Positions 9,768 through 21,152 are shown, counted from the first letter of the stretch. The stretch: DNA of 64,000 bases from Alphaproteobacteria bacterium (GCA_965216755.1 CBDCGL010000011.1:544001-608000); one strand, 5' to 3'. Notes: generated by a model from the letters alone, not told the origin. A program made the numbers and translations.

Positions 9768-12092
9768 ATGCTGTCTAAAGCGTTAGAAGAAAGCCTTCAT
9801 CGCGCGCTGGCCTTGGCAAATGCGCACAACCACGAATTCGCGACGCTTGAGCATTTGCTGCTTGCGTTGACGGAGGACCAAGATGCCGTGGCCGTGCTGC
9901 GCGCTTGTAACGTCGATTTGGCCAAGCTGCGCGAATCGCTCGAGGGGTTCGTCGAGTCCCAATTGACCGGGTTGGTGGTCGAAACGAATGTAGCCGATGC
10001 CAAGCCGACGGCGAGTTTCCAACGCGTGATCCAACGCGCGGTGCATCACGTGCAGATGTCGGGGCGCGAAGAAGTGACAGGCGCCAATGTGCTCGTCGCA
10101 TTGTTTTCGGAACGTGAATCCCACGCCGTCTTTTTCTTGCACGAGCAAGATATGACCCGCCTCGATGCGGTCAGCTATATTAGTCATGGCATTGCCAAGG
10201 CGGCAGGACATTCAGACACACGGATTCCGCGCGGAGCAGAGGAAGAAGAAGCTGAAAAGCAAGTCAAACAAGGAAGCGAAGCGCTCGAATCCTATTGTGT
10301 CAATCTCAATGAAAAGGCACTTGCCGGTGGGATCGACCCGCTGATCGGCCGCGAGGCCGAAGTTGAGCGCACGATTCAGGTGCTGTGTCGACGCACCAAG
10401 AACAACCCACTCTATGTCGGTGATCCCGGCGTCGGGAAAACTGCAATCGCCGAGGGATTGGCGCGGCGTATCGTGCATGAAGAAGTTCCTGAGATTTTGC
10501 GCGACGCCACAATCTTTTCGTTGGATATGGGCAGTCTTTTGGCTGGAACGCGCTATCGCGGCGATTTCGAGGAGCGGGTTAAGGCGGTCTTGCAGGAACT
10601 GGAAAGTTACGATGGCGCGATCTTGTTTGTGGACGAAATCCACACCGTGATCGGCGCTGGGGCGACATCGGGCGGGGCGATGGATGCCTCGAATTTGCTG
10701 AAACCGGCACTGCAAAGCGGCGCCTTGCGCTGTATCGGATCGACCACTTATAAGGAATATCGTGGCTATTTCGAGAAAGACCGCGCGCTCGCTCGACGAT
10801 TCCAGAAGATCGACGTAAACGAGCCGTCGATCGAGGACGCGATCAAGATCCTGCACGGCTTAAAGCCTTACTATGAGGAATATCACAGCGTCCGCTATAC
10901 CAGCGAGGCGCTGCGCACGGCGGTGGATCTTTCGGCGCGCTATATCCATGACCGAAAGTTGCCGGACAAGGCGATCGACGTCATCGACGAGGTCGGCGCC
11001 GCGCAAGCACTGCTGCCGGACAGCAAACGCAAAAAGACCATTGCGGTGAAAGACGTGGAAACTGTCATCGCCAAGATGGCGCGGATTCCGCCGAAACGGG
11101 TGAGCAAGGACGACAAGTCCATGCTTGGCAATTTGCGGCGCGACTTGAAAATGGTGGTGTTTGGCCAAGATAAGCCGATCGAAGCATTGGCCAGCGCTAT
11201 CAAGCTGTCGCGCGCGGGTCTCCGCGAACCCGAAAAACCAATAGGGAACTATTTGTTTTCAGGCCCGACCGGGGTGGGAAAAACAGAAGTCGCGCGCCAG
11301 TTGGCACATATCATGGGCATCGAACTGATCCGTTTCGATATGTCCGAATATATGGAGAGGCACTCGATCTCACGGTTGATAGGGGCGCCACCGGGATATG
11401 TCGGATTTGATCAGGGTGGCCTGTTGACCGATGCGATCGATCAGCATCCCCATGCCGTGCTCCTGTTGGACGAGATTGAGAAAGCGCATCCCGACTTGTT
11501 CAACGTCTTGTTACAGGTCATGGATCACGGCAAGCTGACGGATCACAACGGCAAGACCGTGGATTTCCGCAACGTGATACTGATCATGACCACCAATGCG
11601 GGCGCGGCGGATCTCGCCAAGCCGGCCATCGGTTTCGGACGCGACGAGCGGAGTGGCGACGATGAGGATGCTATCAAGCGCATGTTCACGCCCGAGTTTC
11701 GCAATCGGTTGGATGCTGTGATCGCCTTCTCGAACCTGACACCGGAAGTCGTCAGTCGGGTCGTCGATAAATTCGTGCTACAGCTGGAGGGGCAACTGGC
11801 GGACCGCGCGGTCACCATCGAGCTGTCCGATGAGGCACGTACCTGGCTCGCGGACAAGGGCTACGACAAACTCTATGGTGCGCGGCCGCTCTCGCGCGTG
11901 ATCCAGGAACACATCAAAAAGGGTCTGGCGGAAGAATTGCTGTTTGGTCGCCTAGCCAAGGGTGGGCATGTCAAAGTCAATGTCACCGACGGCAAGATCA
12001 CTTTCGAATTTCAGGCTCCGGTCCCGTCGCGCCGGTCGGGAAAGGATTCAGGCAAGGGACGTGGCACAGTCGCCGAATCCGTCAACACGTAA
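9768..12092 (+). CDS. clpA: ATP-dependent Clp protease ATP-binding subunit ClpA
   Basis: Clp N-domain and two AAA+ modules (GDPGVGKT, GPTGVGKT, GAPPGYVG); directly follows clpS. Confidence 0.97.
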   Translation: MLSKALEESLHRALALANAHNHEFATLEHLLLALTEDQDAVAVLRACNVDLAKLRESLEGFVESQLTGLVVETNVADAKPTASFQRVIQRAVHHVQMSGREEVTGANVLVALFSERESHAVFFLHEQDMTRLDAVSYISHGIAKAAGHSDTRIPRGAEEEEAEKQVKQGSEALESYCVNLNEKALAGGIDPLIGREAEVERTIQVLCRRTKNNPLYVGDPGVGKTAIAEGLARRIVHEEVPEILRDATIFSLDMGSLLAGTRYRGDFEERVKAVLQELESYDGAILFVDEIHTVIGAGATSGGAMDASNLLKPALQSGALRCIGSTTYKEYRGYFEKDRALARRFQKIDVNEPSIEDAIKILHGLKPYYEEYHSVRYTSEALRTAVDLSARYIHDRKLPDKAIDVIDEVGAAQALLPDSKRKKTIAVKDVETVIAKMARIPPKRVSKDDKSMLGNLRRDLKMVVFGQDKPIEALASAIKLSRAGLREPEKPIGNYLFSGPTGVGKTEVARQLAHIMGIELIRFDMSEYMERHSISRLIGAPPGYVGFDQGGLLTDAIDQHPHAVLLLDEIEKAHPDLFNVLLQVMDHGKLTDHNGKTVDFRNVILIMTTNAGAADLAKPAIGFGRDERSGDDEDAIKRMFTPEFRNRLDAVIAFSNLTPEVVSRVVDKFVLQLEGQLADRAVTIELSDEARTWLADKGYDKLYGARPLSRVIQEHIKKGLAEELLFGRLAKGGHVKVNVTDGKITFEFQAPVPSRRSGKDSGKGRGTVAESVNT

Positions 12093-12188
12093 TCGAAGAT
12101 TGTTCGCCGAAAGTGTGGGGCGTGGCCGATCTGGCTGCGCCCCATTTCTTTGCGCCGATAGTATAGTGCCACGAACGCGGAGGAATAG

Positions 12189-13235
12189 ATGGCGGCCATG
12201 ACCGAGATTACCCCGGAACAACAAACCGACCTGATATGGGACTATATCAAGGGATTCCATGCGGTCCATTTGATGGACATTGGCAAGACTCTCGGCCTGT
12301 TCGAGGCAATCAAGAACGCAGAGGACGGACTCACCGCCGCCGCATTGGCCACGGCGCTCGATCTTCATGCGCACTACGTTGATATCTGGTGCAAGACGGC
12401 TTTCGCCTATCGATTGTTGGACGCGGACGGCGACGGGCACTACCGCCTGGCGCCGCATTTCGACACGATCTTGGTTGACCACCGCCATCCACGCTATTTG
12501 GCCCCGTATGTCTCAGGGTCAGTGAGATTCTTCGCCGACGATTTCAAGCGCTACCCCGACCATTTTCGTACCGGCGCCGTACACAGTTTCCAAGCCCACG
12601 GCGAAGATTTTTCAGACGGCATTGCGGCCATGACCGGCGGCTTTCATGCCGTTGTGGCGCGCAAGATGCTGCCTTCTGTATCCGGCCTCAAAGACAATCT
12701 GGCCGCAGGCGCACGTGTGCTCGATATGGGGTGTGGCGCCGCCGGGCTCGTCATGCGGATCGCAGAGGCGTATCCCCAAACCCACTGTGTCGGCGTCGAT
12801 ATCGATCCGCACGGCATTACTTTGGCGCGCCGAAATGTTGCGGCAGCCGGATTGGCCGAGCGTGTGACAATCGAGCAGACTGACGGCGGCACGATCGGCC
12901 ATGAGAATGAATTCGACGTGGTGACGTTGTTTGAGGTGCTCCACGAAATTCCCCTTGATGTGCGGCCGCAGGTGTTGGCGAATTGCCACCGGGCGCTCAA
13001 ACCCGGCGCGCCCTTGTTTATTCTCGACGAGACCTATCCGGCTGATTTGGCGGACCTGCGCGCACGCGAATACGGATTGGCCGTGCAAACGGCATTTAAT
13101 GAGCTGATTTGGGGCAATGTCGTGCCGACCGCCGATGAACAAGATGCGCTTTTGGCCAGTGCCGGCTTCGAACAGGTCGAGCGCATGCAGGTTGCGACCT
13201 ATTTCACGGTTATCACGGCTCGAAAGCCAAATTAG
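12189..13235 (+). CDS. Class I SAM-dependent methyltransferase with N-terminal winged-helix/dimerisation domain
   Basis: VLDMGCGAA motif I, GVDID, FDVV..FEVLHE, ALKPG; GGAGG RBS. Confidence 0.85.
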   Translation: MAAMTEITPEQQTDLIWDYIKGFHAVHLMDIGKTLGLFEAIKNAEDGLTAAALATALDLHAHYVDIWCKTAFAYRLLDADGDGHYRLAPHFDTILVDHRHPRYLAPYVSGSVRFFADDFKRYPDHFRTGAVHSFQAHGEDFSDGIAAMTGGFHAVVARKMLPSVSGLKDNLAAGARVLDMGCGAAGLVMRIAEAYPQTHCVGVDIDPHGITLARRNVAAAGLAERVTIEQTDGGTIGHENEFDVVTLFEVLHEIPLDVRPQVLANCHRALKPGAPLFILDETYPADLADLRAREYGLAVQTAFNELIWGNVVPTADEQDALLASAGFEQVERMQVATYFTVITARKPN

Positions 13236-13283
13236 CGTAGTTAACTAATTAAATGGATCTGATCCAGAACAGCGGCGCCCGTC

Positions 13284-14516
13284 CTATCCCGTAAAGGCCT
13301 GCAGGCCGGTTTGCGCGCGTCCCAGGATCAAGGCATGCACGTCGTGGGTACCTTCGTAGGTATTCACGGCTTCCAAATTCATGACATGGCGTATGACATG
13401 ATATTCGTCGGAGATGCCGTTGCCACCATGCATGTCGCGCGCTGCGCGGGCGATGTCCAAGGCCTTGCCGCATGAGTTTCGTTTGATCAGAGAGATCGTC
13501 TCCGGTGCCAGTTGACCGGCGTCGAACAATCGTCCGGTCCGCAGGCAGGCCTGATAGCCGATCGCGATTTCCGTCTGCATATCGGCAAGCTTTTTCTGGA
13601 TCAGTTGATTGGCCGCCAGCGGTCGGCCGAATTGGACGCGGTCCAACGTGTAGTCACGGGCCGCGTGCCAGCAGAATTCGGCGGCGCCCAACGCACCCCA
13701 GGCAATGCCGTAGCGGGCTCGGTTTAGGCACCCGAACGGGCCCTTCAAACCCTCAACGTTGGGCAACAGGTTTTCGTCAGGCACAAACACGTCGTCCATC
13801 ATGATCATGCCGGTGATAGAGGCCCGCAGCGAAAACTTGCCCTCTATCTTGGGTGTCTCCAGCCCGTCCATCCCACGCTCCAGGACAAAACCGCGAATTT
13901 TGTCGCCGTGGGCTTCTGATTTTGCCCAAACAACGCAGACATCCGCGATTGGACTGTTGGTGATCCAGTTCTTTGATCCTGAGACCCGATAGCCGCCGTC
14001 CACTTTCTTCGCCCGGGTTCTCATGCCACCTGGGTCGGACCCATGGTCGGGTTCCGTCAGGCCGAAGCAGCCGACCATTTCACCGCTCGCAAGCCCTGGC
14101 AGCCATTTCTTGCGTTGGTCCTCGTCGCCATAGGCGTAAATCGGATGCATGACAAGTGACGACTGAACGCTCATCGCCGAGCGATATCCGGAATCAACCC
14201 GCTCCACCTCGCGCGCGATCAGGCCGTAGCTCACATAGTTGGTGCCGGCGCAGCCGTATTCTTCGGGCAACGTCGCTCCAAGAAAGCCAAGCGCGCCAAA
14301 CTCGTTCATGATCTCGCGATCGAAATGCTCATGCCGGTTGGCCTCCAAGACGCGCGGCATCAGTTTTCCCTGACAGAATTCTTGCGCGGCTTCTGCGACC
14401 ATGCGTTCGTCGTCAGTCAGTTGATCGGCGATCAGGAACGGGTCGGTCCAATCAAACGTGCCATGGGTGCCGGATTGGGCTGCTTTGGGGGCCGCCGAAA
14501 CTGCTGCAGGCTGCAT
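13284..14516 (-). CDS. gcdH: Glutaryl-CoA dehydrogenase
   Basis: [45 protein letters not shown]; start taken at ATG 14516 behind a GAGGA RBS. Confidence 0.9.
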   Translation of the reverse strand: MQPAAVSAAPKAAQSGTHGTFDWTDPFLIADQLTDDERMVAEAAQEFCQGKLMPRVLEANRHEHFDREIMNEFGALGFLGATLPEEYGCAGTNYVSYGLIAREVERVDSGYRSAMSVQSSLVMHPIYAYGDEDQRKKWLPGLASGEMVGCFGLTEPDHGSDPGGMRTRAKKVDGGYRVSGSKNWITNSPIADVCVVWAKSEAHGDKIRGFVLERGMDGLETPKIEGKFSLRASITGMIMMDDVFVPDENLLPNVEGLKGPFGCLNRARYGIAWGALGAAEFCWHAARDYTLDRVQFGRPLAANQLIQKKLADMQTEIAIGYQACLRTGRLFDAGQLAPETISLIKRNSCGKALDIARAARDMHGGNGISDEYHVIRHVMNLEAVNTYEGTHDVHALILGRAQTGLQAFTG

Positions 14517-14576
14517 GATGTGTCGTCCTCGTCTGATCGGATGGGTCATCCGCTAGTGTCAAGATCCCGGTGCGCC

Positions 14577-15572
14577 TTATGTCGACCGCAACGGTGCATG
14601 ATCGAAGGCCCGACAGAATACCGCCGGGTCGACATTGCCACCAGAGAGCACAACGATCACGGTACGATCGCGGCAATCGAACACGCCACTCAGGGCTGCC
14701 GCCAACGCCACGGCGCCACCGGGTTCCACGACGATTTTCAAGTGTTGATAGGCGGCGTACATGGCCGTCCACACCTGTGACTCGTTCACGACAAGTCCAG
14801 ATGCCAAAAGTCTTTGATTGATCGAAAATGTCAGCTCACCCGGCGTGGGGGCCAACAAGGCGTCGCATATAGAACGTGCGTCTGGGGAATTCTGCTGCCG
14901 TTGGCCCGCGACCAGCGAACGCGCCGTGTCATCGAATCCTTCGGGTTCGACCGCGTGGATCTCAATGCCAGGCGCATGGTGGGTTAGGGCCGTCGCGCAA
15001 CCGGCGATAAGGCCGCCGCCGCCACAACACACCAAGGCCGCGTCCGGTGGGGCGGCCATGGCCATCGCCTGAGCGTACGCTTCCAGTCCCGTCGTGCCCT
15101 GGCCGGCGATGATCTCGGCATCATCATAGGGTGGTACGATTGTGGCGCCCCGCTCCTCAGCCACGCGCCGTCCGATGTCCTCACGAATTTCGGTATGGCG
15201 ATCGTATGAGATGATTTCGGCGCCCCAGCCGCGCGTGCCGTCGACTTTGGCCAGTGGCGCATCGGCGGGCATGACGATAGTTGCTGGTATGCCGAGTAGG
15301 TTCGCGGCTGCGGCCACCCCCTGCGCGTGATTGCCGGACGACCAAGCCACTACGCCTTGGGCTCGTCGGGCCCGGCTAAGTTTCGAAATCTTGTTGTAGG
15401 CGCCGCGAAACTTGAACGATCCGGTGCGCTGGAGCGGCTCAGCCTTGATCAGCAACCGACCCTTCGCCGCCGCGTCCAAGGCCGCGGAGCGTAACAGTGG
15501 CGTGACAACAGCGCGGCCCTTGAGGCGCCGCGCCGCGCCAACCACATCATCGATGGTCGGCGCGTCAGCCAT
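14577..15572 (-). CDS. PLP-dependent serine/threonine dehydratase (racemase-like, no regulatory domain)
   Basis: LQRTGSFKFRG (PLP Lys), SSGNHAQG, GGGG, VEPGGA, SGGN. Confidence 0.88.
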   Translation of the reverse strand: MADAPTIDDVVGAARRLKGRAVVTPLLRSAALDAAAKGRLLIKAEPLQRTGSFKFRGAYNKISKLSRARRAQGVVAWSSGNHAQGVAAAANLLGIPATIVMPADAPLAKVDGTRGWGAEIISYDRHTEIREDIGRRVAEERGATIVPPYDDAEIIAGQGTTGLEAYAQAMAMAAPPDAALVCCGGGGLIAGCATALTHHAPGIEIHAVEPEGFDDTARSLVAGQRQQNSPDARSICDALLAPTPGELTFSINQRLLASGLVVNESQVWTAMYAAYQHLKIVVEPGGAVALAAALSGVFDCRDRTVIVVLSGGNVDPAVFCRAFDHAPLRST

Positions 15573-15580
15573 GGGATGTA

Positions 15581-17599
15581 CTAGTTGGTAATTTGGGCGC
15601 CGTTGGGACCGGTGATCGTTTCGACCAAGCTTTGGCGCAGCGGTTGCACCTGATCCGACAGCACATAACGATAGACTTCCGTGCTTTCCAGGACCCGCTG
15701 GATATAGTTTCGCGTTTCTTCAAACGGCAACATTTCGATCCAATCGATCGGATCAACGGCGCTGGATCGGGGATCACCAAATGTTTGGACCCATTGATAG
15801 ACTCGCGTGGGACCAGCATTATACGCAGCCAGCGCCATGGCATAAGAGCCATTGTAACGGTCGAGCAGGCCGGCCAGATAGCTCGCACCAAGACGCAGGT
15901 TGTAGAGCGGGTCGGTGGTCAGTCGGCCGCGATCATATTTGATCCGCAACGAGCGCGCGACAGCTTTGGCGGTGGAGGGGCGAAGCTGCATGAGCCCACG
16001 GGCACCGGCGCGGCTAACGGCGCTGTTGTTCATTTCGCTCTCCTGACGAGCGACAGCCAATATCAGTGCCATTTCCGGTGCCGCGGGCAATCCCGCCAGG
16101 TCTTGCGCGCGATACGGGGTCGGATAGCTGTAGGCGGCCAAAACGGTACCTTCCAACGCCGCTTTCTTTGCCGCCGCGATTGAGATGTGCGGCATGCTAT
16201 AGGCAAGTCCGAGGGCCGCTATCAAGGCGTGTTCCTCTGCGCTGGCCGCATCGCGCGCCATATGGCGCACGAATCGGCGCGCCAGGCGGTCCTTGCCGAT
16301 AGCGGCGATGGCGCGCGTTGCTTGCACCAGTTCGCGACTTTCAAATGCCGTGCGGATTTCACTGTTCGGCGTTGGACCCGTGGCCACCACCAAGCCTGGC
16401 TTGCCCGCGGCCCGCGCGGCGAGTTGGCCATAAAACGTGGTTGGATGTTCGGCGGCCAAACGATACCAATGCATGGCTTCGTGCAAGTTACCGCGCGCGC
16501 CTTCGGTCCGCGCGACCCAATAGGCGGCCCGCGCCACGCTGATCGGATAGCGCACCACGCCATACATTCTCTTGAAATGGTCGACGGCGAGATCGGGATC
16601 ATTTAGGAATCGATAGGCAATCCATCCGGCCAACCATTCCGCTTCCGATAATGTCGCTGATTTAGATTGGTGGTGATGTGCCGCCAATCGGTAGGCATCA
16701 GTTATATGGCCCTGACCCAACGCGATGCGCAGTTGAGTCCTCTGTTCCGGCCAAACGCGGACCGCCTCGCGAATAGACTCGGGCGCATCGAGCAGCAGCT
16801 GGCGGGCGCGATCGTCGAACCCCTTACGTCGACGCCAGCGCACACGCTCGAACCACAACCCCGCGTCGCCGCGCAACTCCGCCGGCACTTTCGCGATCGC
16901 GGCATCGACCCCGGGTCGCCGCTGCATCAGGCGCAGGCGCGCTTCGCCGAGTAATGCATATGGCCGCTCAACACGTTTGAGCATGCGGGTGGCGGCATAA
17001 CGCTGGCCGATCCAGATCATCCGATCCAACCGGGCGATGTGATCATCGGCGGTGATCAGCGGCCGGTGGCGCCCGAGGAAATGCTTCTCCTGTGCGGCCG
17101 TAAACGCTTTTTGTCGCCAGGTCTCGCGCAACACTTCGATGCCGGCCGCAGAGTCGCCCAGGCTGATCAGAGCTTCGCCATAGCGTTGTTGGCCAACGCC
17201 GGTTAACGGCGCGTGGGTGCCGTACCAGGCTGCCACGATATCGGCGCCAACCGTCACGGGGAGTGTCTCCTCGGCATGGCGTTGTACCGTCTTCAAGTCA
17301 GGCCACGTGGGATTTCGATCAACGAAGTCGGCGCGGTCGGCAAACGACGCATGCTTTCCTGGTTCGCGCAGAATCGCCCATCGGATAACCTTGCCGACGA
17401 GCGGATTTCCCGTCCGTGCGATCGCGCTCTTGGCGCGCTTCCAGGACTTTTGCTCAATTGCTTCAAAAGCATCTTTGGCGATCGCCACGTCGGCGCCTGA
17501 GATCGGCAGCGGCGCTGGTGACTCAGCCGTCGCGGTGTCGGCCGCGGTCGGCCGGTTAATCGCCAGCAGAACAACCAGACACAAGTAGATTAGGCGCAT
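15581..17599 (-). CDS. slt: Soluble lytic murein transglycosylase (Slt70-like)
   Basis: Signal peptide from MRLIYLCLVV; helical U-domain; RQES, GLMQ, AYNAG and ETRNY motifs. Start moved to 17599. Confidence 0.9.
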   Translation of the reverse strand: MRLIYLCLVVLLAINRPTAADTATAESPAPLPISGADVAIAKDAFEAIEQKSWKRAKSAIARTGNPLVGKVIRWAILREPGKHASFADRADFVDRNPTWPDLKTVQRHAEETLPVTVGADIVAAWYGTHAPLTGVGQQRYGEALISLGDSAAGIEVLRETWRQKAFTAAQEKHFLGRHRPLITADDHIARLDRMIWIGQRYAATRMLKRVERPYALLGEARLRLMQRRPGVDAAIAKVPAELRGDAGLWFERVRWRRRKGFDDRARQLLLDAPESIREAVRVWPEQRTQLRIALGQGHITDAYRLAAHHHQSKSATLSEAEWLAGWIAYRFLNDPDLAVDHFKRMYGVVRYPISVARAAYWVARTEGARGNLHEAMHWYRLAAEHPTTFYGQLAARAAGKPGLVVATGPTPNSEIRTAFESRELVQATRAIAAIGKDRLARRFVRHMARDAASAEEHALIAALGLAYSMPHISIAAAKKAALEGTVLAAYSYPTPYRAQDLAGLPAAPEMALILAVARQESEMNNSAVSRAGARGLMQLRPSTAKAVARSLRIKYDRGRLTTDPLYNLRLGASYLAGLLDRYNGSYAMALAAYNAGPTRVYQWVQTFGDPRSSAVDPIDWIEMLPFEETRNYIQRVLESTEVYRYVLSDQVQPLRQSLVETITGPNGAQITN

Positions 17600-17897
17600 G
17601 CGGCCAGCTTCCCGCGGTTCCCTTGCTTCGCCGCGCAGCGCCGTTGTGGCTGCGGGGTTGCCATCAATATAGGGTCTCCCGAAATCGCCGCCAAATCCCC
17701 CATTTTTCGAAAAATCGTTGGGGACGATGGATTGTTGCCCGGGCCGCGCAGCGCCGTTATTGTCGTGACACCCCCGACCATTCAAGGGATTGGTGGCGAT
17801 GCGCCGCGGCGGGCGCGCAATCTTTCGCTGACCAGTAGGCGGCCGACGTTCAGACCGAGTTCGGCGCCACTCTGCTTTTGCAGCAGGAGCACGGAGT

Positions 17898-18803
17898 ATG
17901 TTTAGAGGATCAATTACCGCCCTGATCACGCCGTTTCGCGAAGGCCAGGTTGACGAGCCGGCTCTTCAGCGCCTGGTCGACTGGCAGATCAAAGAGGGCA
18001 GCCATGGACTTGTACCATGCGGAACAACCGGCGAGTCACCGACGCTCAACCACGCCGAGCATATGCGCGTCGTTGAAATTTGCATTGAGGCCGCTGCCGG
18101 CCGTGTTCCGGTAATCGCTGGCACTGGGTCCAACTCAACAGAAGAAGCGATCAGCCTCACGCGCCACGCCAAGAAATCTGGCGCTGCTGGCGCCCTAGTA
18201 GTCATGCCCTACTATAATAAGCCGACCGCCGAAGGGCAGTATCAGCACTTTAAAGCCATCGCGGAAGCGGCTGATATGCCGATCATTATTTATAATATTC
18301 CAGGTCGCTCCGTGGTTGACATGTCGGTTGAGACCATGGCCCGCTTGGCGGCCGTACCCAACATCGTCGGGGTCAAAGACGCGACCAGCGATCCGGTTCG
18401 GCCTAGTGTGACGCGCCAGGTTATCGGTCCGGACTTCTGTCAGTTGTCCGGAGAAGATGGTTCGGCGCTGGCTCTGCTGGCCCATGGCGGTCATGGCTGT
18501 ATATCGGTGACGGCGAACGTAGCGCCGCGTTTGTGCGCGGCTTTCCAAGACGCTTGGCACAACAACGACCCAGCGGGCGCTTTGGCGTTACAGGATCGAT
18601 TGTTGCCGCTTCACGCCGCGCTATTCGTCGAGACGAGCCCAGGACCAGTTAAATACGCGGCCAGTCTTTTGGGGCTTTGCACGCCCGATATGCGCTTGCC
18701 GATGACCGAGATCGCGGCGGCAACGAAGGATCGTGTACGCGACGCTCTACATGCGGCCGGAATCGCCATAGAAGATGTGGGGCAGTGGCAAGCGGCCCAG
18801 TAA
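17898..18803 (+). CDS. dapA: 4-hydroxy-tetrahydrodipicolinate synthase
   Basis: GTTGES, PYYNKP, YNIPGR, GVKDA, LSGED; AGGAG RBS. Confidence 0.96.
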   Translation: MFRGSITALITPFREGQVDEPALQRLVDWQIKEGSHGLVPCGTTGESPTLNHAEHMRVVEICIEAAAGRVPVIAGTGSNSTEEAISLTRHAKKSGAAGALVVMPYYNKPTAEGQYQHFKAIAEAADMPIIIYNIPGRSVVDMSVETMARLAAVPNIVGVKDATSDPVRPSVTRQVIGPDFCQLSGEDGSALALLAHGGHGCISVTANVAPRLCAAFQDAWHNNDPAGALALQDRLLPLHAALFVETSPGPVKYAASLLGLCTPDMRLPMTEIAAATKDRVRDALHAAGIAIEDVGQWQAAQ

Positions 18804-19258
18804 ACCGCAAGGTCGTCGCGCAAAACCGCAAGGCTCGACATAATTACTTCATCGAGGACACGGTCGAAGCGGGCATCATGCTGGTCGGAACAGAAGTGAA
18901 ATCGCTGCGCGAAGGGCGGGCCAATTTAGGCGATGCATACGCGGAACCGCGCGACGGCAACCTCTATTTGGTCAACGCGCACATATCCCCCTATGGCGCG
19001 GCAAATCGGTTCAATCACGATCCGCTGCGGCCGCGAGCGCTGCTCTTGCGACGGCGCGAACTCAACAAATTGACCGGTCTTGTCAATCGCGAGGGTTATA
19101 CGCTGGTACCCCTGTCGATTTATTTCAACGAACGCGGCATCGCAAAAGTAGATCTGGGACTGGCGCGTGGTCGTAAACAACATGATAAGCGTGAGCGAGA
19201 GAAGACACGCGATTGGCAACGCGAAAAGGCGCGGCTATTGCGTCACCGGCACGAGTAA
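18785..19258 (+). CDS. smpB: SsrA-binding protein
   Basis: [19 protein letters not shown]-terminal GRKQHDKR; GTG start overlapping the dapA end. Confidence 0.95.
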   Translation: MASGPVNRKVVAQNRKARHNYFIEDTVEAGIMLVGTEVKSLREGRANLGDAYAEPRDGNLYLVNAHISPYGAANRFNHDPLRPRALLLRRRELNKLTGLVNREGYTLVPLSIYFNERGIAKVDLGLARGRKQHDKREREKTRDWQREKARLLRHRHE

Positions 19259-19270
19259 GGGCGAGCGGCC

Positions 19271-19849
19271 ATGATACGAACATTGCGACCGGCGGCGAAG
19301 GCCTGGGTGCCTATTCTTGCGTCGATCACCGTTTGCGTCGCGGTTCTTGTGGGGAGGCACGCCATGGCCGCGTCGGCGCATAACTTTGAATTCGATTCAA
19401 TTGACGGGCAAACACTTCCATTGGCGAACTATGCGGGACACCCGGTGTTGATCGTAAATACCGCATCGTTTTGTGGGTTTACGCATCAATATGAGGGCCT
19501 ACAGGCGCTTTGGCAGACATATCGCGACCGCGGCTTGGTCGTGCTCGCCGTGCCGTCGAACGACTTCGGAGGGCAGGAGCCCCATGGCGAAGCCGAGATT
19601 AAGACATTTTGTGAAACCAATTTTAACGTCGATTTTCCACTCACGGCGAAGCAAAAAGTGATCGGTTCGACGGCCCATCCCTTTTATCGATGGATAGCGG
19701 ATGAGCTTGGGGAGGATCACGCGCCGCGCTGGAACTTTCACAAATATCTCGTCGCACCGGACGGTCACTTGGCTGGCGCCTGGCCATCGCAAGTGGCGCC
19801 GGAGTCGGCAGATATAACCGGTGCCATCGAAGCGTTCCTGGCGCGCTGA
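19271..19849 (+). CDS. Glutathione peroxidase family protein (Cys type), probably exported
   Basis: VNTASFCGFT, PSNDFGGQE, WNFHKYLV; hydrophobic N-terminus ending in AMA. Confidence 0.9.
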   Translation: MIRTLRPAAKAWVPILASITVCVAVLVGRHAMAASAHNFEFDSIDGQTLPLANYAGHPVLIVNTASFCGFTHQYEGLQALWQTYRDRGLVVLAVPSNDFGGQEPHGEAEIKTFCETNFNVDFPLTAKQKVIGSTAHPFYRWIADELGEDHAPRWNFHKYLVAPDGHLAGAWPSQVAPESADITGAIEAFLAR

Positions 19850-19864
19850 TAGCGAGTCTTTGCG

Positions 19865-20512
19865 CTATTGGGCGGCTGACCCGAGGCGCGCCTGTATCGC
19901 GGCGACAACATCTTCAAACATCGCTTCTGTCAGGCGCCCGGTGTTGGTGTTGTAGCGCGAGCAATGGTAGCTATCGAACAAATCGACGTCTTGACCGAGT
20001 GCGTGGCGTCGGCCATGGCCAAACGGATGCGCCGCCAGGCGGATGCCGAGCGTCTTGAGAACTGCATCATGGGCAATGCGGCCCAGCGCCAACATGGCCC
20101 GCAGCTCCGTCATATGTGTCAGTTCAGCTTTCAAGAAGCTGCCGCATGACCGGATCTCTGAACCAACGGGCTTATTTTCAGGCGGGACACAGCGGACGGC
20201 GTTTGTCACGCGGCAATCGTTCAGAGCCAAGCCATCGTCAGGCGTGGCCTTGTAGCGGCCAACAGCGAAGCCGAATTTCAGCAACGTGGCGTAGAGTAGG
20301 TCGCCGGCGAAATCGCCTGTGAATGGGCGACCTGTCCGGTTAGCGCCGCGCAGCCCAGGTGCAAGCCCGACGATGAGCAGACGCGCGCCGCTTTCCCCGA
20401 AAGAAGCCACCGGCGCATTGTGCCAATCCGGATACAAACGACGGTTCGCGTGCCTAAATGCTTCTAGGCGCGGACAGAAATCACAGTCACGGTCGGGAAG
20501 AAGATCTGCCAA
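19865..20512 (-). CDS. Uracil-DNA glycosylase (family 5/UdgB-like, Fe-S)
   Basis: CDFCPRL, GLAPG..GANRTGRPFTGD, RCVPP.NKP, HCSRYN. Confidence 0.9.
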   Translation of the reverse strand: MADLLPDRDCDFCPRLEAFRHANRRLYPDWHNAPVASFGESGARLLIVGLAPGLRGANRTGRPFTGDFAGDLLYATLLKFGFAVGRYKATPDDGLALNDCRVTNAVRCVPPENKPVGSEIRSCGSFLKAELTHMTELRAMLALGRIAHDAVLKTLGIRLAAHPFGHGRRHALGQDVDLFDSYHCSRYNTNTGRLTEAMFEDVVAAIQARLGSAAQ

Positions 20513-20522
20513 GAAGTCCGTT

Positions 20523-21152
20523 TTACGTTAGGACTTCGGTTTCGTCCATTTCCTCAACGTCTTCATAGTCTTCGGCTTCATCATCGTCAAATTGCTGACG
20601 TGTGTATCGGTTCGGCTCTCGTGTCACGTCGCGCGCGATCGACTCGGCAAGGTCCTGCAATTCCACGAACGTATCAGCCTGGCGACGCAACTCATCCGCG
20701 ACCATCGGGGGTTGGGACTTGATCGTCGACACCACCGAGACACGAAGGCCTCGGCGTTGTACGGCCTCGACCAAACGTCGAAAATCTCCATCACCCGAGA
20801 ACAGTACAATGTGGTCGAGCTTGTCCGCCATCTCCATCATGTCGATGGCGAGTTCAATATCCATGTTGCCCTTAAGCTTTCTGCGTCCGTAAGAATCGGT
20901 ATATTCTTTGGTCGGCTTGGTGACCATGGTATAACCATTATAGTCTAACCAATCCACCAATGGTCTTATCGGAGAATATTCCTGATCGTCCAAAAGTGCC
21001 GTATAATAAAAAGCCCGAACCAAGCGGCCTTTGCTCGCAAAGAGTTCTAACAGTCTTTTGTAGTCGATATCGAACTCTAATGATCTCGCGGCGTTATATA
21101 GATTTGATCCATCAATAAATAACGCTATTCGTTCCTCAGGATAGAATTTCAT
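20523..21152 (-). CDS. NYN (LabA/DUF88) PIN-like nuclease domain protein
   Basis: FIDGSNL, KGNMDIELAID, SGDGDF, LRRQAD; conserved position divergent from folK. Confidence 0.92.
   Translation of the reverse strand: MKFYPEERIALFIDGSNLYNAARSLEFDIDYKRLLELFASKGRLVRAFYYTALLDDQEYSPIRPLVDWLDYNGYTMVTKPTKEYTDSYGRRKLKGNMDIELAIDMMEMADKLDHIVLFSGDGDFRRLVEAVQRRGLRVSVVSTIKSQPPMVADELRRQADTFVELQDLAESIARDVTREPNRYTRQQFDDDEAEDYEDVEEMDETEVLT

Noticed and set aside
13238-13266. Short palindromes TAGTTAACTA and TGGATC-T-GATCCA between convergent genes
   Set aside because: Too short, no T tract, no second copy seen; cannot assign a function.
17600-17929. Long N-terminal extension of slt in the ORF track
   Set aside because: It overlaps the dapA start and divergent promoter; the signal peptide begins at Met 17599.
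20523-21152. AT-richer NYN nuclease gene as a foreign toxin or defence gene
   Set aside because: The NYN/folK-rpoZ arrangement is standard alphaproteobacterial core synteny; no antitoxin or mobility signs.
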